Assembly: GCA_035352355.1 (NCBI GenBank)
Contig: DAOPXM010000019.1
Span: 537-64,536, forward strand
Origin: Deltaproteobacteria bacterium
GTDB lineage: Bacteria > Desulfobacterota > Desulfomonilia > UBA1062
Length of the DNA: 64,000 nt
Reading direction: 5' to 3'
The position numbers were made by a program, and so were the translations under genes. Positions 26,629-36,185 of the stretch are shown in pieces (positions within the stretch are counted from its first letter, which is position 1; the number at the start of each line of letters is the position of its first letter). Below the pieces are notes generated by a model, which saw only the letters and a program-made list of their open reading frames with translations, was not told where the DNA came from and did no database searches.

Positions 26629-27006
26629 ATGAAGATCGGCCCGGCCATGACGAAGTGGGACTGGACGCTCATCGCGGCCCTCGTCGCGGCGTGCGCCCTC
26701 TGGTGGGCGTACGGCCTGACGCACGCCCGTGAGCCGGAGGTCGTGCAGGCATACAGCGGCTCCACGCTCTTTGCCGAGCTCCCCGCCGACCGGGACGCCG
26801 TGGTGAGGGTCCCCGGCCCCCTGGGGGAAAGCGTCGTGGAGGTCCGCTCGGGTGGGGTGTCCATGATCTCCTCCCCCTGTCCGGACAAGCTCTGCATGGG
26901 CATGGGCAGGATCAGCTCCTCGGGGGAGGGCATCCTGTGCATCCCCAACCGGGTCTCGGTGACGCTCAAGTCCGGCAGCGGGAGGATGGACGCGGTGACC
27001 TACTGA
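26629..27006 (+). CDS. NusG domain II-containing membrane-anchored protein
   Basis: TM helix, then VVEVRSGGVSMISSPCPDKLCMGMGRISSSGEGILCIPNRVSVTL (CPDK-LC...C-PN signature). Only the 3' part of track ORF 25549..27006 is used. Confidence 0.8.
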   Translation: MKIGPAMTKWDWTLIAALVAACALWWAYGLTHAREPEVVQAYSGSTLFAELPADRDAVVRVPGPLGESVVEVRSGGVSMISSPCPDKLCMGMGRISSSGEGILCIPNRVSVTLKSGSGRMDAVTY

Positions 27007-27238
27007 GCTCCTGTCCGTGATTCTTAAGCCATTGCCCTGTGCCCGGGTTTGAGTTCCCGGCCCTCCTGGATATTATAACCGCCAGAAGAATAGTTCTCCG
27101 GAATCCCTCTGCATAGAAAACAGGTATTTCCCAGTAAGAAGTTCGCGTGATGGCAGCGGACACATGGTGCACCCGGTGCGGGAACGGTGCAGGTGCGGTC
27201 CGGGCACGTCCGCGCTCATACGCTCAGGAGGTGTGCAT

Positions 27239-29194
27239 ATGCCGTGCACGACATACCCCAGGCTGTTCGAACCGGGGGTGATCGGGAAGATGAGGGTGAA
27301 GAACAGGATCGTCATGCCGCCCATGGCGACGAACTATGCCGGGCCATCAGGAGAGGCCACGGACCGCCTGATCCGGTATTATGCCGAAAGGGCGAAAGGC
27401 GGCGCCGGGCTGATCATCGTCGAGAACGTCCAGGTGAAGTATCCCCAGGGCAAGAACGTGTCGTGCCAGCTTCGGCTGGACGACGGCAAGTTCATCCCCG
27501 GCTTCCAGGAGCTGGCGGAAGCGGTGCATGCCTACGATGCGCGCATCTTCATCCAGATCCACCATGCGGGGCGGCAGTACCACGGTATCGAGGATGCGGA
27601 AGGGGTCGATCCCTCGGGCATACCCGACGGGTTCCTCAAACAGCCCGTGAGGCCCCTGACAAACGGAGAGATCCTCGATCTCATCGAGCGCTTCTCCGAA
27701 ACCGCGCTGAGGGCGAAAAGGGCCGGGCTGGACGGCGTCGAGTTCCATGGGGCCCATGGATACCTCATCAATGAGTTCATGTCCCCCCACACCAACCAGA
27801 GGGTGGATGAGTGGGGCGGTACCTTCGAGCGCCGCATGCAGTTCCCCCTGAGGGTCATCCAGCGCACCCGGGAAAAGGTCGGGCCCTCTTTCCCCCTGTC
27901 CTTCCGGTTCAGCGCGGATGAGTTCGTGCCCGGGGGGATCACCCTGGAGGACTCGAAGAAGATCGCCCGGTACCTGGAGGACGCCGGTATCGATGTCCTG
28001 CACGTGAGCGCCGGCATCTATGAATCCATGCCGCGGATCCTCGAGCCCATGCGCTTCGAGGAAGGCTGGCGGACCTACCTGGCCGCCGAGATCAGGAAGG
28101 TCGTGAAGATCCCGGTGATCACGGTGGGGCAGATCAGGAGACCCGAGGTCGCCGAGCAGATCCTTGCGGAGGGCAAGGCCGACTTCGTCGCCCTGGGCAG
28201 GACCCTCATCGCCGATCCCCACTGGCCCGTGAAGGCGCAGGAAGGCAGGGTGTCCGAGATACGCAAGTGCATCAGCTGCAACATCGGATGCATCGGAGGG
28301 TATGTGTTCAACGACCGCTATATGAGGTGCACCGTGAACCCGGTGACGGGCCACGAACGACTTGACGGATGGGCGAACCTCATCCCTGCGGAAAGGAAGA
28401 AGAAGGTGATGGTCGTGGGGGCCGGTCCCGGGGGCATGGAGGCCGCGCGGGTGGCCGCCCTCAGGGGGCACTCGGTGACCCTGTACGAAAAGGAGGGCGA
28501 GCTGGGCGGGCAGATCCGCATCGGGGTCAAGGGCCCGGGCAAGGGCAAGCTGGGTTTCATCCCCGAGTATTATTCCAGCACGCTGAAGACCGCCGGTGTC
28601 CAGGTGAAGACGGGCACGCCGGTGGACGAGGAGACCATCCGGGCGGAGAAGCCCGATGTGGTCATCTTCGCGACCGGGGCAGCGCCTGTTGTCCCTGATA
28701 TCAGGGGCGCGGACAATCCCGAGGTGGTCCGGGGGAGCTGGGACGTCCTCAGCGGCGTCGCCGAGGTGCCTGGCAGCAAGGTCGTTGTGGCCGGCGGAGG
28801 ACTGGTCGGATGCGAAACAGCCCTCCTCCTCGCAGGGCAGGGGAAGGACGTCACCATCGTGGAGATGCTGGATGAGCTCGCCTCGGACATGGAGCCCATC
28901 ACCCGGTATGACTTCCTCACCGAGCTGCTCCCCGCCTCAGGGGTCAAGGCCCTGGTGAAGATGGTCATCGCGGAGATCACCGACAGGGGTGTGGTGGTCC
29001 TGGACCGCTGGCAGAGAAAGTCGCTCATCGAGGCGGACAACGTCGTGATCGCCCTCGGATCGAGACCGGTGGATGACCTGCCGGGCGCTGCCCGGGACTG
29101 CGCTCAGGAGACCTACCTCATAGGAGACTGCAGGGAGCCCCGCAGGATCATCAACGCAACCTTCGAGGGGGCGTCCGTTGCCCGTATGATCTGA
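27239..29194 (+). CDS. FadH-like NADH:flavin oxidoreductase (OYE barrel, Fe-S motif, FAD/NAD(P) domain; 2,4-dienoyl-CoA-reductase-like)
   Basis: OYE-type N-terminus, CISCNIGC cluster motif, VVGAGPGGMEAA and VAGGGLVGCE dinucleotide folds. AGGAGG RBS before ATG 27239. Confidence 0.85.
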   Translation: MPCTTYPRLFEPGVIGKMRVKNRIVMPPMATNYAGPSGEATDRLIRYYAERAKGGAGLIIVENVQVKYPQGKNVSCQLRLDDGKFIPGFQELAEAVHAYDARIFIQIHHAGRQYHGIEDAEGVDPSGIPDGFLKQPVRPLTNGEILDLIERFSETALRAKRAGLDGVEFHGAHGYLINEFMSPHTNQRVDEWGGTFERRMQFPLRVIQRTREKVGPSFPLSFRFSADEFVPGGITLEDSKKIARYLEDAGIDVLHVSAGIYESMPRILEPMRFEEGWRTYLAAEIRKVVKIPVITVGQIRRPEVAEQILAEGKADFVALGRTLIADPHWPVKAQEGRVSEIRKCISCNIGCIGGYVFNDRYMRCTVNPVTGHERLDGWANLIPAERKKKVMVVGAGPGGMEAARVAALRGHSVTLYEKEGELGGQIRIGVKGPGKGKLGFIPEYYSSTLKTAGVQVKTGTPVDEETIRAEKPDVVIFATGAAPVVPDIRGADNPEVVRGSWDVLSGVAEVPGSKVVVAGGGLVGCETALLLAGQGKDVTIVEMLDELASDMEPITRYDFLTELLPASGVKALVKMVIAEITDRGVVVLDRWQRKSLIEADNVVIALGSRPVDDLPGAARDCAQETYLIGDCREPRRIINATFEGASVARMI

Positions 29195-29338
29195 AAGACG
29201 GCAGGTTAACTTTGTCATGACGGGTTGCAGCGGGGGGTGCTGCATGCGGGAACGGGAATGCGGTTCCTCGGGTGAGCCCCCTTCGGGAAAGTCATATACC
29301 GTGAGGATCGCAAAGCCCGGCCAGCACGAACGGGCAGC

Positions 29339-31003
29339 TCAGGAGTACCGTTCCCTGAGGCGTTTTTCCGTGAGCACCCTGATCTTCGCGGCGAGCTCGT
29401 CCCTTCTGCCTTCCAGCCGGGGGTTGCCCTTCACGTACTCGTCCAGGAAGAAGAGCCTGTCCTCACGGGGGATGGTCCGGCAGAAGGAGGCGTTCAGGTA
29501 GCTCAGGTTCCTGGCGATTGTGGGGAAGTCTGGGGTGGAGGTACGCCTGAGCCGGTCGAGGTCGATGAGGTGGATGCCGTCCGGAGACGTGAGCAGGTTC
29601 TCGCCCTTGAGGTCCACGGGGATGAACCCCATCTCGTGGAGCCTGCGGATGAACCCCGCAACGGAGGCGATGAGCTGTGCGTCGTACCCGTGCTCGGCCA
29701 CGTGCCCCACGAGATCCTGGCCCTCGACCCGAGCCGTGGCGATGTAGGACACGAGGAGCACCCCTAGGCGCCTCTTTTCGCAGGCGAAGAGGACGGGGGG
29801 CGTACTGATCCCGCAGCGCTGTAGCATGAGCGCGCCCTCGAAGGCCTTCAGCGCCCGGCTCTTCCGGAAGAGGTTCTTGGCCGTGTCCCTGAGCCCCTTG
29901 TAGTTGTAGCGCTTCAGGAAGATGTCCTTATTGCCCAGACGGCCCGACTTGACGAAGGTGGTCCTCGATGAGTTGAGCACCGTGCTTCCGAAAGACTCCA
30001 TGAACGCTTCGATGTGGGCAGCCTCCTCGGGGAAGGGGGTGCTCTCGGGCAGGTACCAGGTGAAGCCGTCCCTCACGACCCGTCCATAGGGCCGGGACTT
30101 CTCCTCGAGGCCCCATCCCCCGGGTGCGCCTGCGAGGTGCCAGAGCAGGAGGAGCAGGGACTTCTTCAGGCGGGTCCTCCCCCTGGCCGTGATCGAGGCG
30201 GGAAAGCCCCCTGCGATCTCCACGCCGAGCTTCAGGAAGTTCAGGGAGAAGAGCAGGGAGGCCTGGAGGGCGCCCCGGTTCTTCCGGAAGAAGCGGTACA
30301 TGGAGCGCTGGTACTCGACCTTGCGCCTGAGGTCGAACTGCCTCGCCGTGGCCCCCTGGTGGTGCACCACCGTGAGGTGGGGCAAGAGCCAGACCCCGTA
30401 GCCCGCCTTTTCCGCCCGGAGGCAGAAGTCCGTCTCCTCGAGGTAGAGGAAGTAGCCCTCGTCGAGGGGGCCCACAGCGTCGATCACCTCCCGCTTGACC
30501 ATCATGCACGCACCGATGACCGAAGGCACCCGCACGGGCCCTTCGAAGCGCGAGAGCTTGCTCGGGTAGGTCTTCGGGAAGATCCTCTTCAGGAGCGACT
30601 TGTTCAGGAGCTCGGTGGCGAGGTTGGGGATGATGTCCACCGAGTTCTGGAGCGTCCCGTCCGGGAACACGAGCTGGGGACCCGCGATGCCAGCCCGGGG
30701 ACGGGCGTCCAGGAAGGAGGCCATTTCCGAAATGATGTCCGAGGTGAAGCGCGTGTCCGGGTTGAGCAGGAGGATCTTGTCCCCGGACGCGGCCCTGATC
30801 CCCCGGTTCACGCCCCGGGCAAACCCCAGGTTGGCCCCGGTCTCCAGGACCTTTGCCCCCGCTTCCGGCAGGGAGGGCAGGGCGGCCGGGGAGTTGTTCA
30901 CGAGGATGATCTCGTGGGGGAGCCTGACGTGGGTGCGCACGGAGGCCAGGCAGTCCCGGAGAAGGGGGCTGTCCCCCAGCGTGACGATGATGATGCTCAG
31001 CAT
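29339..31003 (-). CDS. Family-2 glycosyltransferase fused to a lipopolysaccharide (Kdo/WaaP-type) kinase domain
   Basis: N-terminus: LSIIIVTLG...ILVNN...GFARGVNRGI...DTRF (GT2). C-terminus: FLKRYNYKGLRDTAKNLFRKSRALKAFEGA...PVDLKGENLL...LIDLDR (LPS kinase family). Confidence 0.8.
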   Translation of the reverse strand: MLSIIIVTLGDSPLLRDCLASVRTHVRLPHEIILVNNSPAALPSLPEAGAKVLETGANLGFARGVNRGIRAASGDKILLLNPDTRFTSDIISEMASFLDARPRAGIAGPQLVFPDGTLQNSVDIIPNLATELLNKSLLKRIFPKTYPSKLSRFEGPVRVPSVIGACMMVKREVIDAVGPLDEGYFLYLEETDFCLRAEKAGYGVWLLPHLTVVHHQGATARQFDLRRKVEYQRSMYRFFRKNRGALQASLLFSLNFLKLGVEIAGGFPASITARGRTRLKKSLLLLLWHLAGAPGGWGLEEKSRPYGRVVRDGFTWYLPESTPFPEEAAHIEAFMESFGSTVLNSSRTTFVKSGRLGNKDIFLKRYNYKGLRDTAKNLFRKSRALKAFEGALMLQRCGISTPPVLFACEKRRLGVLLVSYIATARVEGQDLVGHVAEHGYDAQLIASVAGFIRRLHEMGFIPVDLKGENLLTSPDGIHLIDLDRLRRTSTPDFPTIARNLSYLNASFCRTIPREDRLFFLDEYVKGNPRLEGRRDELAAKIRVLTEKRLRERYS

Positions 31004-31177
31004 GCCCTCATCCCTCCCCGGACCGCTCGGACATCGAGCTCGATGGTAGCGGGTCGCCTGTTTTCACGAGCCTGTACATACCCCAGGTTTCCCTTCCTGT
31101 AAATGACCTTGAGGGAGTCACGGAAAAATGGCTGCCTTCTCTTGCGAAAAACCGGAATATGCAATAACAGGAAAGGC

Positions 31178-32140
31178 ATGGATATCCTCATGGTCAAGCT
31201 CGGGGCCTTAGGCGACGTGGTGAACACGTTCCCGCTGGCGGTCCTGCTGAAGAGGCACCTGGGTGCCCGCATCCACTGGCTCGTGCAGCCCTTGAGCCAT
31301 CCCCTCGTGTCCCGGCACGCATCCGTGGACAACGCCATCCTCTTCGACAGAAAGAGCTGGCCGGAAACGCTTCCCGGCGTGATCGGCACGCTCAGGGGCA
31401 TGCGCTTCGACATCGCGCTGGATCTGCAGAGGACGGCCAAGTCCGCGCTCTTCACGTACCTTTCCCCGGCCCGCAGGCGCATCGGGTTCGACCGGGCCAG
31501 GTGCAAGGAGATGACCTGGGTTCTCCCCTTCGAGCGCATCCCGGCCGCTGACCCGGGAGGCCACATGGTGCGCCAGTACCTCGAGTTCGCCCGCTACCTG
31601 GGCGTGGAAGAGGACGGGGTGACGTGGGACATCCCCGCCGGTGATCCCCCGGGGTGCGCCCTGCCGGAGCGGTACGTGGTCCTCAACATCGGCGCCACGA
31701 AACCAGCCAACCGGTGGAAGGCCTCTTCGTTCGCGGCCCTGGCCGGGCTCGTCAAAGACCGCTTCGGCCTCCCGTGCGTGCTCACCGGCGGGCCCGAAGA
31801 CCGGAGCATGGCCGCTGTCGCGGCATCAGGCACGAGAGGGGAGGTGGTTGATCTCGTGGGCAGGACCACGATCATGGAGCTCGTGAGCGTTCTTGCGGGT
31901 GCCCGGGCCGTGGTGAGCTGCGACACCGGGCCCATGCACCTGGCCGTGGCCCTGGGGAAAGAGGTGGTGGCCCTGTTCGGCCCGGCGGACCCCGGCCGGA
32001 CCGGCCCATACCGGGGCCATGTGGTCATGAAGGACCTGCCGTGCTCCCCCTGCAACCGGAGGGACTGCAGCGACCCCAGGTGCATGGACGCCATCCTGCC
32101 GGAAGACGTTGCCGCAGAGCTCGAGCGCGTCCTGGGGTAG
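31178..32140 (+). CDS. Family-9 glycosyltransferase (LPS heptosyltransferase-like)
   Basis: MDILMVKLGALGDVVNTFPL...; C-terminal CDTGPMHLAVALG...PCSPC. Confidence 0.85.
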   Translation: MDILMVKLGALGDVVNTFPLAVLLKRHLGARIHWLVQPLSHPLVSRHASVDNAILFDRKSWPETLPGVIGTLRGMRFDIALDLQRTAKSALFTYLSPARRRIGFDRARCKEMTWVLPFERIPAADPGGHMVRQYLEFARYLGVEEDGVTWDIPAGDPPGCALPERYVVLNIGATKPANRWKASSFAALAGLVKDRFGLPCVLTGGPEDRSMAAVAASGTRGEVVDLVGRTTIMELVSVLAGARAVVSCDTGPMHLAVALGKEVVALFGPADPGRTGPYRGHVVMKDLPCSPCNRRDCSDPRCMDAILPEDVAAELERVLG

Positions 32141-32174
32141 ACTTAGGCTGCCCAGGATCCAGGCCGGGAAACCC

Positions 32175-32807
32175 TCATGCCGCGAGGCAGAGCCTGCGGA
32201 TCCTCTTCTTGAGCATCCCCACATCCCTGATGGCATCGATCCTCACGAGATGTTGGTGGAGGTCGTGTTCGCTCAGACCGAAATGCCGGGCCACCTGGGC
32301 GAAGAGTGAGGCTGCGTTCTCGAGGGTGATCCTCCTGCAGGGCCTGATCCCGTAGGCGTCCACCAGGTGGGGCAGACCTGCGGCGTCGAGGACGATGTTC
32401 CGGGGATGCAGGTCGCTGAAATGGTAGCCGTGGTTGATAAGGGTGAGGCCCAGGTCCAGCATCACCTCAACCTGGCGGTCCCTGCTCGACGCGGGGAGAC
32501 CGCTGGCCTCCGGGACGGCGTCCGTGACGATGGCGTCCGCGCCGGGCAGGCGGAGGTGCTCCCTGACTTTCGCCGCCGGGATGCCGGACATGCCCAGGAG
32601 CCAGAGCATGAAGGCCTCGTGGGGGATCTTCGGCCTCAGGAGGCTTTTCAGCCTCTCCCGCAGGCCCCTGGTGTCGTAGAGCTTCACGTAGTATTCCGCC
32701 GCCCCCTGCCTCACGAGCCGGAACACGGTCCGGGCGGGCTTGCGGCTCACGAACTCCCAGGCGCAGCCCGGGTACTTTTCCGAGAGGTGCTCGATCATTT
32801 TCAGCAA
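32175..32807 (-). CDS. Stand-alone lipopolysaccharide kinase (Kdo/WaaP/InaA family)
   Basis: 210 aa. YVKLYDTRGLRERLKSLLRPKIPHEAF...HFSDLHPRNIVLD...LVDAYG. Confidence 0.7.
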   Translation of the reverse strand: MLKMIEHLSEKYPGCAWEFVSRKPARTVFRLVRQGAAEYYVKLYDTRGLRERLKSLLRPKIPHEAFMLWLLGMSGIPAAKVREHLRLPGADAIVTDAVPEASGLPASSRDRQVEVMLDLGLTLINHGYHFSDLHPRNIVLDAAGLPHLVDAYGIRPCRRITLENAASLFAQVARHFGLSEHDLHQHLVRIDAIRDVGMLKKRIRRLCLAA

Positions 32808-32853
32808 AGCAAGGGTTCCTTCCAGGTGTTCTTCGTGGTGTCTGTCTCTTTTA

Positions 32854-33861
32854 TTACGCGGCGCCCCCTTCGAGGAGCCCCACGCAGGCCTCGAAGACCT
32901 TTTCCGTGCCGAGCTGCCGCATGCACCGGGCGTCCTCGCAGGTCTTCTTCAGGTAGCAGGGCATGCACTCCAGGCCTTCGGAGACAACGACGCTCCGCCT
33001 GTTCTGCGGGCGCACGTAGAAGGGGTCGGTGGGTCCGAACAGCCCCACCACCGGGATGTCCGAGGCGGAGGCCAGGTGCATCACCCCCGAGTCGATGCCC
33101 ACGAAGAGGCTGGCCTTCATGAGGAGCGCGGTGAGCGCCCGCAGGGACAGCCTGCCCGTCAGGTCGAGGACGTCGATGGCCGATCCGTTCTCGCCCTCCT
33201 TCACGAGGGCTGCGATCTTCCCGTTGCTCTCCTTCGTGTCGCCTGCACCCACCAGCACCGGCCTGAGGCCGAAGCGGGCGTACAGGAGCGCGATGAGACG
33301 GGCGAACTTCTCCTCGTCCCAGGCCTTGATCAGCCTCCGGGGCGACGCTCCGGCCGAGATCACGACGTACGGGCTCCTTACGTCGACCGTGCACTCGTCC
33401 GGGTTCACGGGGAGCAGGCCCACGTAGGTGTCGGCCGTGACCGGGATGCCCAGGAGATCCAGGAGCTTGGCGTTGTTGAAGGGGCTGTTGTGCCCTTCGA
33501 CCGTTTCCTTCACGTCGAGGCAGAGGTCCCAGGGGAAGCGCCTGAACCCGGCCTTCGTACCGGCCCTGCTTGCGGCCGTGAGGAGGAAGGCCTCCTCGGA
33601 GCGGGCCAGGGTGATGAAGAGGTCGTAGTACTCCTGGCGCAGGCTCAGCATGAGCCTGACCGTCTCCTGCACGCCCCCCCGGCGGGGGATGACCCGGTGC
33701 ACCAGGGGGGATCCCTCGAGGAGCTTCTCGAGGCCGGGCTTCAGCACGGAATGGATCTCAGCCCCGGGATACCGGTCCTTGAGCGACTTGAGCAGGGGGA
33801 GCGAAAAAACCAGGTCCCCGATCTGGTTCAGGTGAATCACGCAGATCCTCATGGGTGGCAT
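32854..33861 (-). CDS. Family-9 glycosyltransferase (LPS heptosyltransferase-like)
   Basis: MRICVIHLNQIGDLVFSLPLLKSL...; C-terminal GIDSGVMHLASA...CMPC. Confidence 0.85.
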   Translation of the reverse strand: MPPMRICVIHLNQIGDLVFSLPLLKSLKDRYPGAEIHSVLKPGLEKLLEGSPLVHRVIPRRGGVQETVRLMLSLRQEYYDLFITLARSEEAFLLTAASRAGTKAGFRRFPWDLCLDVKETVEGHNSPFNNAKLLDLLGIPVTADTYVGLLPVNPDECTVDVRSPYVVISAGASPRRLIKAWDEEKFARLIALLYARFGLRPVLVGAGDTKESNGKIAALVKEGENGSAIDVLDLTGRLSLRALTALLMKASLFVGIDSGVMHLASASDIPVVGLFGPTDPFYVRPQNRRSVVVSEGLECMPCYLKKTCEDARCMRQLGTEKVFEACVGLLEGGAA

Positions 33862-33870
33862 ACAGACCTT

Positions 33871-35085
33871 CTACAGGAAGAAATTGTTGTCTTCCACTTC
33901 CCTGATCTCCGAGACGGGCGTATCCGACTGGATGAACTTCTCGATCCACCAGTTCACGTGGTGGTAGAAGCAGACCACCACCGAGCACTCGGCGTGCGCA
34001 TCGAACCCCTTGATGGAGCGCTCGAGGGTCTCCTGGGTCTTGCGGAAGTTCTCGATCCCCCGGTAGCCCTCCCTGTCCCCGATGATCCCTGTGCTCACCC
34101 CGCGCAGCGCCGGGCAGTGGAAGATGCCCGCGGGCGCCAGCACGGTCCTGAAGAACTGGGAGTGGCACACCACCGGCTGGTTCTTGAGCTCGTGGAGCTT
34201 CCCTTCCAGCATGGCCTGGAGATTGACGCTCTTGAGGACCTTGACGGGCGGGCGGCAGATACGCTCGGCCTCGGCAAGCCTGGCCTCCATTTCCCGGATG
34301 ACCCGCTCCTCGCGCTCCGGGTCGGGCGGGTCGAACAGGGACTCCTTGCCCGAGCCCTCGAGGCGGAGCAGGCAGGGCTTGAAAGACACGTAGTCGAAGC
34401 CGTACTCGACGGCCTTTGCCACGGCCTCGGGGACCTCGTCCATGTTGGGGGCGAGCTCTGCCCCGCCGTAGGTGATGCCGTCCCAGACGATGACAAAGGA
34501 GTACCCCAGGGAGATCTTCGGGTTCATCGCCTTGAGGGCCCTGGCGTCTTCGAGGATCTTCTTCAGGGTGACCTTCGCGGGCGGCCTGTGGGATTTCACG
34601 AACGTGTCCTCCCGGGCCGCGTCAAGGGACAGGCGCACCCAGTCTCCGTCCGTGAGGAGCCCGGCCACGCGGGCCACGCGCTCGAGGCGGGAGCCGTTCG
34701 TGGCGATGCCCACCTGGAGACCTTTGTCCTTGACGATTCTCACGATCTCTTCGAAGTCCCGGTGGACCGTGGGCTCGCCCCCGCCGATGAGGATCACCGA
34801 CAGCAGACCCTGGGCGTGGAGCGTGTCGATGCTCTCCCGGATGACGTCGAGGTCGATGCTCTCGCCCGTGTTGATGATCCCGGAGTCCACGCAGTGGGGG
34901 CACCGGAAGTTGCATGCCGTAGTGAGGTCCAGGTTGATGGAGACCGGGCCCTTCTCCGGCAGGGGCGATGGGGATGAGGCCCGTACCTCGCGCTGCCAGG
35001 TGATGTATCGGCGCAGGTTGTCGATGACGGACTTCTGCCTGAGCTTTGCGCTGAAATCGTGCTCTTTTTGGGTCAGCTTTTCCAT
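33871..35085 (-). CDS. Radical SAM enzyme of unknown specificity
   Basis: CNFRCPHC (CxxxCxxC), GGGEPT SAM motif. 404 aa, with additional C-terminal Cys/His residues (CHSQFF, FHCPA, HAECSVVVCFYHH). Confidence 0.85.
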   Translation of the reverse strand: MEKLTQKEHDFSAKLRQKSVIDNLRRYITWQREVRASSPSPLPEKGPVSINLDLTTACNFRCPHCVDSGIINTGESIDLDVIRESIDTLHAQGLLSVILIGGGEPTVHRDFEEIVRIVKDKGLQVGIATNGSRLERVARVAGLLTDGDWVRLSLDAAREDTFVKSHRPPAKVTLKKILEDARALKAMNPKISLGYSFVIVWDGITYGGAELAPNMDEVPEAVAKAVEYGFDYVSFKPCLLRLEGSGKESLFDPPDPEREERVIREMEARLAEAERICRPPVKVLKSVNLQAMLEGKLHELKNQPVVCHSQFFRTVLAPAGIFHCPALRGVSTGIIGDREGYRGIENFRKTQETLERSIKGFDAHAECSVVVCFYHHVNWWIEKFIQSDTPVSEIREVEDNNFFL

Positions 35086-36017
35086 TTCGTCCTCTCCAGC
35101 TGGGCGTATGAGCTGAATATCTGCTTCAAATTCAGCGATGTCGCGATGATGTGGTCGCTTCCGACGACCGGGTGCAGGCCGGAGGCCCGTGCCTCCATGA
35201 AGTTACGGACCGAGAGCTGCAAAGGGTCGGGCACCGGTACCTGTCTGTCTCCGAAGCCGAGGAAGATGTCGTAGTTGGCCATGTCGATGAACCGCTCCGC
35301 TATACGGCCGTTGAACCCGAAGGAGAAGGTCCTGGGCTGCCTCGTCTCCCGCACCAGCTGCATGCTCGCCTCGCACTCGCTGAAGGCCGAGGCGTACGTG
35401 AAGGAGACGCCCAGGGACCCGTCCCCGCGCTCGAAGTCCAGGTCATGGACCGTGCCCGGTCCCAGGACTGCGTGCAGCAGGCTGAGCCCGTGGGGCACGG
35501 AGTCCGGGATCATCGCGGCGCCTTCGCTCAAGGGGGACAGGCGGATGGAGAACCGGCGTATCTCCCGGGGGTTGAGCCTGCCGCAGAGCTCCTCGTAGGC
35601 GGGCAGGCAGAAGGGCCACTGGGAATTCATGGCGACGGTGGTGCCCTTCCTCATGGCCAGGTGGAACAGGGTCTCGAGGTCCCCGGGCATGTCGTCCCGG
35701 GAAGGGTCCAGAAACGGCTTCTCGCAGAAGACCGAAAGCCCGAGGTCGATGGACGCACAAAGATAGGTGTAGTGGGTCTCGGCAGGAGATGCGATGGCAA
35801 CGGCATCGAGGTCCTCCCGGTCAGTCATCTCGGAGAAGTCCCGGTACGGCCTTGCCTTGATGCCGTACGGCGCCAGGGCCTCGGACGCACGGGAGGCAGT
35901 GGCCTCGCTGGTGCCCAGGACACAGACCACCTGGCCGCCGTTTTGATGAAAATACTTCGCGATGTAGCCGCCGATGCCGTTCCTCTCTCTCCGGGCACCG
36001 ATTATTGCAATTTTCAT
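35073..36017 (-). CDS. Gfo/Idh/MocA-family NAD(P)-dependent oxidoreductase
   Basis: N-terminal Rossmann fold MKIAIIGARRERNGIGGYIAKY; 314 aa. Its 3' end overlaps the radical SAM start by 13 nt. Confidence 0.85.
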   Translation of the reverse strand: MKIAIIGARRERNGIGGYIAKYFHQNGGQVVCVLGTSEATASRASEALAPYGIKARPYRDFSEMTDREDLDAVAIASPAETHYTYLCASIDLGLSVFCEKPFLDPSRDDMPGDLETLFHLAMRKGTTVAMNSQWPFCLPAYEELCGRLNPREIRRFSIRLSPLSEGAAMIPDSVPHGLSLLHAVLGPGTVHDLDFERGDGSLGVSFTYASAFSECEASMQLVRETRQPRTFSFGFNGRIAERFIDMANYDIFLGFGDRQVPVPDPLQLSVRNFMEARASGLHPVVGSDHIIATSLNLKQIFSSYAQLERTKWKS

Positions 36018-36185
36018 GGGGTTTCATTACCACATATTCCTCGGTTGTCAAAACAGAAGCATGGGCCTGCCCGGCTGGGGGCTGCAGCTCCTCCGCGGGC
36101 AGGGGATGGGAAGAAGGCCTTGACGGGTTATATTATATCCCATAATTCAAGGATGGTGTTGTTCCGGACCGGGGAGGTGAATGCC

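Noticed and set aside
29217-29501. 94-aa ORF with a Cys-rich N-terminus (MTGCSGGCCMRERECGSS…) in the convergent gap after the FadH-like gene; considered as a possible RiPP-like precursor
   Set aside because: Two thirds of it overlaps the 3' end of the GT2-kinase gene in antisense. It has no RBS, and the nearby radical SAM gene is 4.5 kb away in a different operon.
32740-34977. 745-aa ORF on the plus strand spanning the LPS kinase, GT9 and radical SAM genes in antisense
   Set aside because: It runs antisense to three well-supported genes and their intergenic gaps. Its composition is Arg/Gly/Pro/Glu/His-rich and low in complexity, with no recognisable motifs. In a ~60% GC genome with GC3-rich codons, antisense frames rarely contain stops.
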